Assembly: GCF_009914755.1 (NCBI RefSeq)
Contig: NC_060930.1
Strand: one strand, 5' to 3'
Source of the DNA: the human T2T-CHM13v2.0 reference genome, Homo sapiens
DNA: 64,000 bases
Below, piece by piece: positions 46,812 to 61,055 of this stretch; within the stretch, counting starts at the first letter, position 1; every line of letters starts with the position of its first letter. The position numbers and the translations under genes were made by a program. The notes below the pieces were generated by a model, which did no database searches, was not told the DNA's origin, and saw only the letters and a program-made list of their open reading frames with translations.

Positions 46812-47134
46812 ATCACTGTCCAATAGATATATAATGCAAGGCACAAATTCAAGCCACAGAAGTAATTTTAAATTTTCTAGTGGTTACATTAAACAAAAGT
46901 AAAAATAAACTAGCAAGATAAAATTTCGTGATATTTTTATTTAACCCAATATCCAAAATATTGTCATTTCATCATATCATCAATATAAGAAATTATTAAT
47001 GAGATATTTTCCATTCTTTTTTGAGTATTAAATCTTCAAAATCTGGTGTGTATTTTATACTCACAGCTTGTTTCACTTTGGATGAGCTTCACTTCGAAGG
47101 CACATGTGGCTGTGGCTATTTGTTGGACAGCATA
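46812..47134 (-). mobile_element. MER33 (hAT-Charlie)
   Basis: TIR-like CTGTCCAA...TTGGACAG; AAATCTGGTGTGTATTTTATACT. Confidence 0.88.
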
Positions 47135-47146
47135 GGTCTGATGGAT

Positions 47147-47510
47147 GTTTTGGATTGCATGTCTCTGTCCCCCAGAATCCATATGTTGAAACCCTAACCC
47201 CCAATGGATGACTGGGGCCTCTGGGAGGTAATTAGTTGAGAGGAAGAGGAAGTTTAGAAGGTAGAGCCTCCATGATGAGTTTAGTGTCCTTACAAAAAGA
47301 GAGAAACTAGAGCTTGCTCTTTCTGCCATGAGAGGACACAACCAGAAGACCACCATCTGCAAACAGGAAGTGGGCCCTCATCAGACTCTGGATCATCCCG
47401 TACCTTGTTCTTGGACTTCCCAGCCTCCAGAATTGTGAGAAATAAATGTCTGTCGTTGAAGACACCCAGTCTATGGCATTCTGTTATAGCAACCTAAACT
47501 GACAAAGACA
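47147..47510 (+). mobile_element. MLT1A-like MaLR LTR
   Basis: CATATGTTGAAACCCTAACCCCCAATG...TTGGACTTCCCAGCCTCCAGAATTGTGAGAAATAAAT...AAGACA. Confidence 0.88.
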
Positions 47511-47594
47511 GTGGCTTTGCTTTCCCCCAACATCCCCTGCAAAATTTGCCTGCTCTGCTCATTGAGCTTGGATGCTGAGGTTCTCTGTCTTCTT

Positions 47595-47720
47595 AGCTAG
47601 AGTTCTGGAATGTAAGTTCTAGAAATGCAGGGACCATACCTATCACATTCACAGCTGTAAATGTGGCTCATACAATGCCTTACACATAGTCAGTGCCCGT
47701 TCCTGAATGAATATGAATGC
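47595..47720 (+). mobile_element. L2 3' terminus
   Basis: GAATGTAAGTTC...GCAGGGACC...TGAATGAAT. Confidence 0.6.
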
Positions 47721-47970
47721 ACGCAAGCATGCACGCATGATGCATTCTCTCTGTCGATGGTGCCCTCCTGCTTACTGTGGTGCTGAAAAGGGCAGATACA
47801 GTACAAGCGTTTCTGTTTAGTCACTTCCTGTCAGTTATGTGGGAGTACATTTGCACCTAAAGAATTGCACAATGAGAACTAAAGACATGGCTGACCGTCT
47901 ACCATGCTCTTTGATTTATCAATACAATTATATTCAGGATTATTTATTAAATACATTATATAAATGGTTA

Positions 47971-48741
47971 TGTGATATTGTAAAATGTATATTTGGTCTT
48001 CAACCCATTCTGTGGCATACAACTCCTAAAGTCCTTAGATTCTCCAAAGTGATGGTTTTTTGCATGCTAATGATGACTGATGGCTGGCAACCCCTCTGTA
48101 GCTTCAGGATGGGGGCTGGTCATCAGAAAGACCAAGGCAGGAATTGAGGGTTCGGACTTTCAGCCCCATCTCCTAACCTGTGCGAAGGGAGAGGGGCTGA
48201 AGGTCAAGTTGATCACTAGTGATCAAGGGTTTAATCAGTCATGCCTACATAATGAAGCTTCCATAAAAACTAGAGACAACTGGGTTTGGAGAGCTTCCCA
48301 GAGAACTGAACACACAGAAGCATGGCAACCCTCCCCCATTCCTCTTCATCCATATTCTTCACAATATCCTTCATAATAAGCTGGTAAATATGTTTCCCTG
48401 AGTTCTGTGAGCTGCTGTAGCAAATGAACCCAATCCAAAGAGGAAGTCATAGGAAACCCAACTTAAGCCAGTTGGTCAAAAGTTCTGGAGGCCCAAACTT
48501 GTGACAGGTGTCTGAAAGGGGGGACAATCTAAAGGGATTGAGCCCTCAACCTGTGAGATCTGACACTATCTCTGGGTAGATAGTGTTAGAATTAAATTAG
48601 AGAACAGGGTGTCCACTGCAGACTTGCTTGATTGCTGGTATGTGGTGAGAACCCCCCATGCATTTGGTCACAGACATCTTCTTTGTTAATTGCTGTGGTG
48701 TGAGAGCAGAGGAAAAGTAGTTTGTGTTTTTTCCACTCACA
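47971..48741 (+). mobile_element. MER21 (B-like) solo LTR
   Basis: TGTGATATTG...AGCTTCAGGATGGGGGCTGGTCA...CACA; TSD GGT(T/A)A. Confidence 0.9.
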
Positions 48742-51289
48742 GGTAAACACCCCAATTATTGATTTATCACAAAGTTGGATTAATTAAAATATTCTACCAA
48801 GCATTCTAAAGAAATAGTAAGTTTGTTGTTTTATTGTTTTGTTTCATTTTCTTACATTTTTAGATGAATCCTATTATAACAGTAGTTACTAGAATTGTGT
48901 ATGACAAAGAGGATTTTAAAACCTCAGCAATGGCCATTCTTCCCTATAAAGAGCTTTTTTTTTTTTTTCCATACAAGGCTGCCATTTAGAGAATTAACAG
49001 AATAACACAGAATATGAGCCCATGTACCTGGGCCTGTTTCTTCCTTAGTAAGAATTATCTCTTCTACTTTATGTATATTCTCCTTTGTGTTGGGTTATTT
49101 GTGAATCTTCTTGCCCCGACAACCACCTCCAGGAATGCCAACAAGCTGATGAGTAAGATACCCCTGGCCCAAATTACTTCTCTTTCATTCTTTCATTCTA
49201 AAATATAGTGCTTTGAAATCTTCTAATATCATCTGCTTTACAAACCTGCATAGTCATCAAAATCTTCTGGGGCAGGGGCTTTTTGAGACTAAAGGGATAG
49301 AAAATATAGCAAATGAAAAACAAAAAAGTAGATGAAGAGGATTATGAGAAGCCATACACTTCAAACAGGAGCTAAAAAGCAATATGGAAGTGTGTCAGGT
49401 AATTGATAAGTAAACATATTATGCGGGGTGGGAGTTGTTTGTTTTGAAAAATAAGTCTAACAGGACTCCACCTCCAGAGATTATATTTTATTAGTGTTAG
49501 TGTGAGATCCGATAAGCTCCAAATGACCACTGCTTTGTAGCAACTGATCTCAAATTTATTTCACCATGGAGTCTCTTGAAAATGCACCGTGCAATGCAGA
49601 AATAGCACAAAAGATCTGCGCAGTGGGTTTTAAGATGAGTGTGAGATAGGAGAGATGGGAAGAGGGTGTCCTGTAGACAAGATTGGCAGGGACAGGGAAG
49701 CCCTCATGGGTGATTTTGATGACCAACCACATTGGGAACCAGTGGTTTAATTTCCTGTATGAATTAAAAGAGGGAGTGTACAATAGGAAGACCTCCTAAA
49801 ATCCTTTGTTTTTCTGTTGTGAGCCCTTCTCTGGTCTAAATAACATCTTGTCCAGTGGTGGAAACATCCTGGACACAAATGAGATTTAGCAGAAAGAACT
49901 TTGAGCTGAAAGTCAAGACAGCTAGATTTGATTTTATCTGTTATTGGCAATCTGTCTTCAGACAAGTCATTTATTCTTGCAATCAGTTTTTCTACCTGCA
50001 AAATGGATTTTCTAAACAATATCTCTTCCTTTATGTCTGTTGCAAAATGTGATTTGAAATGTATTTAGGCTGCACAGGATACATTAATTAAAACTATTAG
50101 GATTATTCCCTGGCACATAAAACAAAAGAGCAGATTTTCTTCTCAATATTTTCCCCTGAACATTTTTTTTTTGTAGGCTTATTGTTCCCATAAGAAATCA
50201 TCCAAAGTCTCAGTTTGATGGAGACACAGACAAACCATACTACCACAGAGATAGGCTAGACAGAGACACAAATACACATGGTTTCTCTGTTCTCAAGTAA
50301 ACTCTCAAATTAACATAAAACTAGTTACATAAAATTATTTCTTATTGTTTCCTAGTATATTTTCAAATACATGTGTTTTTTTATTTGAACGATAATCTTT
50401 CCAATTTAATGCATAGAAAGGTAAAGCATTTAAGGCATTCTTTGAATATTTTCTAAATGATAGGGCCAATTGCAATGAGATATAAATCAAAACTGTGGTT
50501 AATTACTAAGTGTGAAAACATGGCTAGTTAGAATTAATCTACATATGTAAACATAATGTTTATTTTATTCAAATTAACTTGCATAAAACTTGATAGGTGT
50601 TTATTTTATAGTGTGTTTTCATTTTGTTAAAGCTCTAGTACTTTATGGCTATCAAAATGGCTTCAAACAGTTATTATTCGGAGGTAATCAGGGTGGTATA
50701 ATGATAGCTCATGTTGTGGTGAATTTATTTTCAGGGATAGCCATTATTATATAACCCATCGAGTGTATTTAGGGTTAGTCTTCAGAGATAAAGAAAAAAC
50801 ACATACTTAACTTTCTATAGAAAGTCTTGATGATCTAGAAAGGTGGAAGTTAGGATCACCCAACCCTGGAGTGTTTTGCTGAGAGGATACTTCTCGATTG
50901 GTTTCTTATCTAGCCTGTAAGTGGCGCACATGTGGAAACCATCTCAGATGGGAGCTGGCATCATATGCCTCTTATAAAATACCACCCTCCGAGGCTGTGG
51001 AGAAAAGTTCTTTATCCCCGCTCTCCACCCCATTTCCTGCAACTTCTGTGAAGTCACAGAACTTGGGGAAATAGTGACGCTTCCTGGCCTAGATTTATCA
51101 CCATCTGGGAAGCAGAATGAGATGCTTGGCGCTGCCACTGCCACTTTCATCTGCCACATTCTCAGGAATTCATCACCCACAGGGTGATTCTAGCCAATGC
51201 AAGTCACCTCATCCATTGGAAAGAGGAAGAGAAAGAATGGGGAATGAGTTCTGTCCGAGAGCCTCCGGGCTGCTTCTGTTGGCTAGCAC

Positions 51290-51720
51290 AGGCCGTGTTA
51301 ATGCCTTGGGCTGACTTCCAAGGCCATCTGTAATTTGGCCCCACTCTGCCCATTTCTCTCCCTGGCCAAACTGGCCTCACCAATGCCTGAACAGACTCAT
51401 CTCTGTCTGTGACTTCACCGAGATTGTTGCTCTTTCCCGTTATCTATCAAGGGGCAGCCTAAGTTTCAAATCTCACAGAAGTCTTTCCTGATTCCTCCAG
51501 CTTGTGTCTTCTGACCTCACAGTTTTGTCTGTGACAAGTAATTTAGAAGCAATGTATGTGCTGGGATGTATTGTCTCTTGATTATCTCCTGTGTTAAGTT
51601 TAGTTCCCCAATTACATTATAAGTTCCTTAAAGATAGCGTTTGTTACTAATGTCTATTTGCTAAACTCTCCTCACTTTCCCTTTTCTCCAGTGCTAAACC
51701 CATAATAAGTGTTTCAAAAA
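51290..51720 (+). mobile_element. L2 fragment
   Basis: TTCCAAGGCCATCTGTAATTTGGCCCC...TATAAGTTCCTTAAAG. Confidence 0.6.
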
Positions 51721-51804
51721 TTCAGAGAATCTTAGAATTGGAATTTTCTAATCCAGCTAATAGCAAAAAAACTACTATATTAGAGAGATAACCACTTCCA
51801 TGGC

Positions 51805-51927
51805 TTCCTTCTCCTTCCTTCCTTCTTTCCTTCCTTCCTTCCCTCCTCCTTTCCATCCCTCCCTCCGTCTGTCCCTCCCTCCCCCCTTCCCTCCTTCCTT
51901 TCTTTCCCCTTCCTTCCTCATTCCTTC
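51805..51927. repeat. (CCTT/CCCT)n polypyrimidine tract
   Basis: Directly visible. Confidence 0.9.
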
Positions 51928-52808
51928 TACATTTATAAAGAAATGAAATCTCTCCACCTATAACTTTTATTAATGTATTCTAGGCTCAGGGGATTTAAAG
52001 GTGACTAAGGCTTAGCTCAGTCTCTTGAGAAAAACGAACCAACAAACACAACACACCGTGAAAAGAATTATGCTGGAGGAAGGTCTAAAAGGGCTGAGAG
52101 CACCCAACTGCCCCAAAGGTCTCAGCGTAGCAGTCTTGTGAGCTCAAAGCAGATCCTTATTAAGGCTTAACTAGTATTGATTCCATCGACAACACCTGCT
52201 ACAGATTCTTAGCAGGGAAATGACGAAAGTTGACCTAAAATCCTACAGTAAGTTTGCAAATTATGTACCAGTTGTGTCCTAATAGTTCATTTTTTAGCAT
52301 ATTCTTTGGAGCTTTGGAACATCTTTTTCTAATTCAAAGTTTTGCATAAAGATTATATGTCCTTGGTCTAGCCCATAAAAGTCTATTATCTCCACGATGT
52401 ACCTAAAGTTGAGCGTAGTATAATATTAATACTATGGACTTTAACCATATGTAAATGGATTTGTTCAGGAAGCCATAGGATTCCAACCTTGCACACTGGA
52501 ACTGTGGCACCCTGCACCATCTGACCTGTTTTCCTGTGCTCCCTTCCCCTTGCGATTACAGAGGAAGAAGGAACACGTTTTTCCCCCATTTCTTCCACAT
52601 GAATGACATCAGAATAGGAGGTTACTTGCCCTTTCTCACAAGGTACCAAAGTTTCAAAGAGAAGCTGGAGAAAACGAGAGGAGACTAAGAGAGCTCCGCA
52701 TATCCCAACCACATTTTCCCATTTGAAAATGAGGATAAGGTGTGGAACAAAAGACTTTTGGAGCATTTTCTTGGTGGAAGAGGTGATCTGGCAGATGTCC
52801 TTTTGTAA

Positions 52809-53291
<483 letters not shown>

Positions 53292-53294
53292 TAC

Positions 53295-53490
53295 ATGATC
53301 ATTTTTAATTTTCACAACAACCCAATGTACTATCATGGCCAATTTACAGATGAGAAATTGTACTATTATGCCAGTTGCAGATGAGAAATTGAAACTTAGA
53401 AGGTTAAGGAAGGTCCCCCGGTAAATAAGCAGCAACATTTAGATTCAAAATTGGGCAGTCTGATGCCAGAGCCCAGCACTCTGGTTTTTG
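53295..53490 (-). mobile_element. MIR with an internal ~31-bp tandem duplication
   Basis: TACTAT...CAGATGAGAAATTG occurs twice (about 53328-53391). Confidence 0.8.
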
Positions 53491-53719
53491 CTATTATTGT
53501 TTGTAGGGCCAAAAATAACAAAATATTTAAAATAAGGTAACTCCTTTTCTTTCCTACCCGACTGGCCTAATGACAACCTTCCAGTTTTTGATGGCGTGGG
53601 CTTTAGAAACCAGGGCTCCCTTCTTCCTTGATCTCACAGCCCTCTCCTCTTTTGCCATCCTCACTGCAAACACACGGCAGTTTGGAGCTTTTGCTCCCGC
53701 TCCTCTTTCAAGTTCAATT

Positions 53720-54050
53720 TCTTTTCTTTTCTTTTTTCTTTCTTTCTTTTTTTTTTTCTTTTTTTTTTTGAGACAGAGCTTTGCTCTGTCGCCCAGGCTG
53801 GAGTGCAATGGAGCAATCTCAGCTCACTGCAAACTCCGCCTCCTGGGTTCAAGCTATTCTCCCTGCCTCAGCCTCCCAAGTAGCTGGGATTACAGGCACA
53901 CACCACCATGCCCAGCTAATTTTGTATTTTTAGTAGAGATGGGGTTTCACCACGTTGGCCAGGTTGGTCTCGAACTCCTGACATCAGGTGATCCACCCGC
54001 CTCTGCCTTCCAAAGTGCTGGCATTACAGGCGTGAGTAACCGCGCCGGCC
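53720..54050 (-). mobile_element. AluS
   Basis: TSD TCAAGTTCAAT. Confidence 0.97.
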
Positions 54051-54892
54051 TCAAGTTCAATGGTGGATTCATTAGATTATAAAAACTAATCATGGGCTAT
54101 TCCCAAACACTGTCCTCTAAAGTACAAATTACTCTCTGTTGTAGTAAAATGTCAGCCTCTGGGGTACCACCGAGGACTGGTTTCCAGAACAGAGGTAAAG
54201 AAGGATCGGGGGCCTTTAGAAAAGGGGCTGAGAGGTGGGTGTTGGTGAAAGTGGGAAGGGAGGCTGCTCCGGGTGGGATGGGAGAGAAAGGGATGTCTGG
54301 CTTTTCTCCTGCCCTCTCCGATGACCTGCACTTTTATCTGTTCTGAGGTCACAGATGCAGTTCTTGCTAAGTCCAAGGTGTGATAAAGGGTTGTGCCTGA
54401 CTGCAGCAACTGGTGGGAGGAGAGAGCAAGGAGCTAGGGTAGTTGCTCCAGGTCTGATTAAGTCCAGGAAAGATATTACCTGGCCCGGTGAATTGCATGT
54501 GCCTGCACTGTCTCCCCCTCCACCAAACAAAATTCAAAAGACCAGTTCAACTTAAAAAAAAAAAAAAGGAGAGACAGAATCATTGTAGAAAAATCAGGAT
54601 GACTGTTAATCTAGATAATACTTTTTCTAATCAATTTTTATCCCATCCAAATAATGGAATCTGTAGTCATCTCAGCTGTCCACTCATCATTTGTGGTTTT
54701 GTGTTAACTTCAGATTTGAGAGATAATCTTAGATTTAGATTGCCCTGGGTTCATGAATATAAAGTGCTTCAGTAAGTCCTTTACATCTGCTCCAGGCCCA
54801 AAACAGAAGGTAGAATAAAACTGGTAAAAAATAAAAATAACAAGGCAGACACACTTTAAGAAGCAGCATTTTAATTTTTCCAGTTGAATATA

Positions 54893-55052
54893 TTTCTTCC
54901 CCTTCCTCCCTACATTCCATCTCTCCCTCCCTACCTTCCCTCCCACCCTCCATCCCTACCTTCCCTCCCTCCCTCCCTTCCTTCCCTCCCTTCCTCTCTC
55001 CCTCCCTCCTTGCTTTTTTTCTCCTTCTTTCCCCCTACCTCTTACCTCTCTT
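54893..55052. repeat. (CCCT)n-rich polypyrimidine tract
   Basis: Directly visible, about 160 bp. Confidence 0.9.
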
Positions 55053-55347
55053 GGGAGAGTTAGCAATGAGTCTGCCAACTTGTAAAGAAATGAGTTGCCT
55101 CAGAACCATCAAACATTATAGCTGATAACTGAGAGATGAACAAGGAATTTTATACAGCTAAAAAAGAATTCCATTGAGGGCAAGACAATATTAGAGCAGG
55201 AATCCTGAAGTGGTCATGGGAATTATGTTCAGGTGACCTCAAACTCGCAGAAAGCATCTTGCAAAGAAAAAGTGAAGTTGGTGGCAGCCTTTTGTGTGGA
55301 GAGAAAAAGAAAAGGACATTAACCTACTGTAGAAAATCACTCATTCT

Positions 55348-55650
<303 letters not shown>

Positions 55651-56835
55651 CTAGCTGGCCACCAGGCAGAGTTTTAGGGGACAGGACAACTCAGGAATGA
55701 TGTTTGGGAATTCCACACCCCGCATATATACAGGATGGGGTGAGAGTTTGATGAGGATCTTGGTGGGTGAGAACTAAAGCTATATTTCCCCTCCCTCAGA
55801 AAGGTATGTGAGTATCAGAGCCAGCATGATTCCCTTATTCCTGCTTAGAAGGCTTGGTGACTGAGGTGCAGAGCAATCGAAGGTGGTCTAGATTCCCTCA
55901 TACAAATACAGCTTATTACTTAGGATCTCAAAAGCAGTATCCAAACTAAAAGAGTGAAACCGCTATAATCTCTGGAATGAACACATATATTTTGTTCAGA
56001 TTACATTTACTGGCTATTATATGCAATGCATTGTGCTGGGTGCAGAGGCAAATGAAAACTAAGGCTTGTCTTTCTCTTAAGGAAGTGTTTCTACAAAGTG
56101 TCTCCTGGTTCTTGGCTTGCAAAATAAATGTGTAGAGCTGTGCTCCATGAATATGAAGGCAGGAGGGAAATCAATAAGGAGGTCAACGCTAAGCCCAAAG
56201 GAAATGATCTTCCTATAGGTAAACACCATGTTTGTAATATGCACAGAATCAAGCACAAGCTGGTACTTTGCTTCTTAACAAATGGCAGGTAACCTTTAAA
56301 AAAAAAAAAGACAAGTAATGGAGGCAGAATAATACAAAATTAACCATCACAGGGACCACTTTAAAGGAAACTTCCTCCCCAAGCGCCTTGATTTGTGTAT
56401 TCCACAGCTGCTTTTTCATTGCCCAAAAGGTAATTAAGAGGTGATAATGATATGTATCCTCTCTTATCAAAGTCATTAACACATTATTATTGCTGTGAGG
56501 TGGCTAGCTATTGCTTTGTGGCGGTGATGCTGCTTTGGGCGAAAAGTCTTTATTAGTCTACCAGGGATTTCTGCTGTGATGAAGACATTGCAGTTTGGGG
56601 ATGAATTAGCAGGTTACATTCCCGTGACCCTTGAGTGTCTTATTTCCCTTGCAGGTTTCTGAGAACCCCCAGGGCCATTCTGACTCTCAATTTGACCTAC
56701 AACTTTCCTCCTTTCCAAACCATTCTCTGTGAATTAGGGATGGACCAGTTTCTTCCGACCCATCAAGTTGCATATCTATTGTGCCTGAAGCTGTGGCACA
56801 AACTCCATATATCTGTGGTGGCTTCTCTGTTTGAA

Positions 56836-57176
<341 letters not shown>

Positions 57177-57504
57177 TAGTTTCCCTGCTTTGGTTAACAA
57201 GTGCTACCGTGTACAAATATTCACTCAGACTGTGATAAACATTTTGTAATTAATCTCTTCAACATCTTGGGAAAACATGGGAGTATCTACTCAGGAAACT
57301 TCTTCACACTTTAAATATTTCTACAAATTGGAGAGAAGAAGAGGCAAATGCATACAGATTGGTTCTGAAATCTAGGCTTTGTTATATTAGGAAATGATCT
57401 GTATGTTTTTTTTTTCAGATTTGTGTTTAAATTGCATGATCCTTGAGGGCAGAAATGTATCTAATTTGTTAATCATAAGCCTCTTTACTAATCTGTTATG
57501 GCAG

Positions 57505-59080
57505 CTTAATGTTTTTAAATAAGTACAAATTTATCCAAATAAGTGTACACATTTTTAAAAGTCAAATCTTACTAAAGCGCTTTAAGAAATAAAGGAAACC
57601 AAAACCAAAACACAGCAATTCTCCTGGCCCACCCTCTTTACCGCCAGTCCTTCTCCCTGGAGGCAGCTACTTTAAATTAATTTTAGCTGTTTCCTCTGGT
57701 ATTTACCTCCATATTTCTGGGTAACATATATGTCCTCCTAGACCATTATTTAGTGACTATTACAGTTGGTAAGGATTTACGTCTCCACAACACTGTTCCC
57801 TCTTGTTCCCCTTTTTGGTTAAATCAATATTCAGGGTCAATATTATTATAACTATGTAAATAATGTTCTCTACTGAGCTTACACGACACTATAATTACCT
57901 TTCCTTTCTTGTACAGCTTTTTGTTTTTCTTGGAGTTAATGATCACCTTGTTTTTTTCACCAGCTTGTCTTTGTATATAACTATCCCTAAGTCCTGCCAC
58001 AACTTCCAACAGTTTCCCAAAATGTTCCACATAGTAATACATAACAGATAATCTACCAGTATCTCAAGGCCTCCTTCCTGGGGCCCTTTTCTTTCTTTTT
58101 CCAACTTTTATTGGTTGTTCTTTTGGGCCCCTATACTACTGTCATCCCAAGACCTCCCTCTGCCATCATCCTGGCAATTCTCTTCACCTCTCTTGTGTTG
58201 CAGTCTCTCCTTCCTGGTTTCCATGTTTTCTTCTTTCTTGCTTTATTCTCTCATTTTGGTGACACACCCTTCCTGAGAAAGGGTGCATGTGAGGTAAATT
58301 TACTGAGAACTTTCCTGCCTGAAAATATCTTTATTCTACCCTTGCATTTGTTTGGCAGTTTGGCTAAGAATTGAATTCTAGGTTAAAAATAATTCTCATT
58401 CTGAATTTAAAGGCATTAAACTATTATCTTCTAGCTTTCAATGTTTCTGTTTACAAGTCCAACAGCACTCTGATTCTCTGTCATTTTTATGTAAACATTG
58501 TCCTTTCCCTGGAGTGCTGAAATTTCAAAATGATGTGTCTTGGTTGGGTCTTTTTTTACTTATTTTGTTGGGCACTCAAATGATCATTTTAATCTAAAGA
58601 TTCAGATTTTTGATAATGGCCTCAGTTACTGCTTTCTGTACCTTGGGTGTTGGTCTTGAAGCCTGTTTTGGAGAAAATAAACCACCTGTCTTGGAGGTGG
58701 GAGGTGATGATGATGGATGCCCCTAAGGAGATAACTGTATTGACTTTCAATCCACCCTTGACTGCATGCCTTCACCTTCTGCAGGCCCCATGCCTCCAGT
58801 TCCTGAACCTTCCCAGAGTTCTGAAGAAAGACTGGCTTGTTTTTTATTAAGTTGCCTCTGTAGGCTCACAGAATCCAGCCTTTTCTGTTCTGCTTAAACC
58901 ATCACTTCTTCAATAGCTTTCTATCCAGCAAGTATCTGTTGATATTCTTGTCCACCGTTGTCTTTTCTGCCATTCCATTTGTTCCTGTGGATTTAAACTT
59001 TTGTATTCTTTTACTGACACTTAAGTGGGTTTCTAAGGAGTGGAAATAAACACATGAATGTGTGTGTGTGTGTTTTCAAT
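57505..59080 (-). mobile_element. Old HAL1/L1ME-type fragments
   Basis: TTCCTGAGAAAGGGTGCATGTGAGGTAAATTT...TGAAAATATCTTTATTCTACCC...GAATTCTAGGTT (antisense ORF1 C-terminal region). Confidence 0.7.
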
Positions 59081-59584
59081 GTCCTGCATCTAAGTGGCTA
59101 TAAATTTTGTAATTTGATTGATAATTACTTCTGAGTTTTAGCTTATTTCTTAAGGAATATTGATCCTTAACACACTGATAAATAAACTCAGTGTGGGAAT
59201 TTATAGGCCATGTTTTCATAGCATTTATTTCAGTGTTGGTAACTCAAAAACTGGGTTTTCCTTTTTAAGTTAAACCAATAATATGTGAAAATTAGATGTG
59301 CTAACCAGGGCCAGGGTTGGTCTTATTCAGTTTTGTGTTGACCATTCTTCTAGGACTTTGTGCAGACCTTTGCAAATAAACTTTAAAACAAAACAAAAAC
59401 CCCGAAACCCACAAGGGGTTAATAGAGTTAAAGTTTTCTTCTTTTCCTCAATAAACATTTTAATGATCACTTACGAAGTACAATGAACTGCTATATGAGC
59501 TGAATATATCATGGTGAACGGAACAGAGTTCCTAGTGTGGAGGGCTTCCCTAGTGAGGGAGACTAACAAGAAAACAGGTGAGGT

Positions 59585-59887
59585 AGCTGGGCACAGAGGC
59601 TCATGCCTGTAATCCCAGCACTATGGGAGGCCAAGGCGGGTGGAGTGCTGGAGCCCAGGCGTTCGAGACCAGCCTGGGCAACATGGCGAAACCCCACATC
59701 TACAAAAAATACAAATATTAGCTGGGCACGGTGGCTTGCACCTGTAATCCTAGCTACTCAGGAGGCTAAGGTGGGAGGATTGCTTGAGCCTGGGAGGTTG
59801 ACCCTGCAGTGAGCCCTGATCGTGCCTCTGCACTCCAGCCTCGGTGACAGAATGAGACCTTGTCTCAAAAAAATAAAAATAAAAAAG
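59585..59887 (+). mobile_element. AluJ
   Basis: GGGAGGATTGCTTGAGCC; TSD AAAACAGGT(G/A)AGG. Confidence 0.95.
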
Positions 59888-60181
59888 GAAAACAGGTAAG
59901 GACCATGAGACGTAATTAGTTTTAGTGTAGAAATATGCACCTAAAACAATGGAAGCACCATTCCCCTTTAGGGGAATAAAAATGCCTGCATCATTTTTTT
60001 TGATGCTCTTCATGTAGGAAGCGATGGAATCCAAGGCTCTGGGATATGGGTCCATGTAGCTGTATCTTAGCAGGTCCTATACCTTACAGAAGACATCATT
60101 AGAGAGGGCAGGAAGCACAAAACACACATCTTCTCCTCAGGAGACTTCCCAGTGTTTGCCCTTCAGAGTATATGCAGTGTT

Positions 60182-60590
<409 letters not shown>

Positions 60591-60659
60591 TTATTATTTG
60601 TAAACCTGTCTGTGTAATCTTTGAGGGCATATTGAAGGCCATATTCATTTCAGGGAGGC

Positions 60660-60900
60660 CTCAAGGTGCAGTACAAAGAGCATGGTCTTTGAGGCCAGGG
60701 CAGCTGGGTTTGCATTCCACATATTAGCTGTGAAACTTTGATCAGGTTACTTGATTTGGGGACATCTCAATGTTCTATTATGTCAGACTAAAGAGTAATA
60801 CCTAACTCACAGACTCATTGTATTAAACGAGCAAAAATAGATAAAGGGCCCCAGGGCAGTTCTTGATGGGACATAGGTGCAAAATAAATGGTAGATAATT
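60660..60900 (+). mobile_element. MIR SINE
   Basis: AAAGAGCATGGTCTTTGAGGCCAG...TAGCTGTG...TAATACCTA. Confidence 0.7.
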
Positions 60901-60924
60901 ATTTTTTCTTCCTTCGATGGCCAG

Positions 60925-61055
60925 ACCTTGAACCTCTCAAGTGCAGAGACCACATGCTATTTTTCTGTGTAACCCCACACTTAGTGCAATGCTGGGTATA
61001 AAGTTGGCACTTCATGCATATTTATTGAATGAATGAAGGAATGAATGAATGAATA
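60925..61055 (+). mobile_element. L2 3' terminus
   Basis: TATTTATTGAATGAATGAA tail. Confidence 0.7.
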
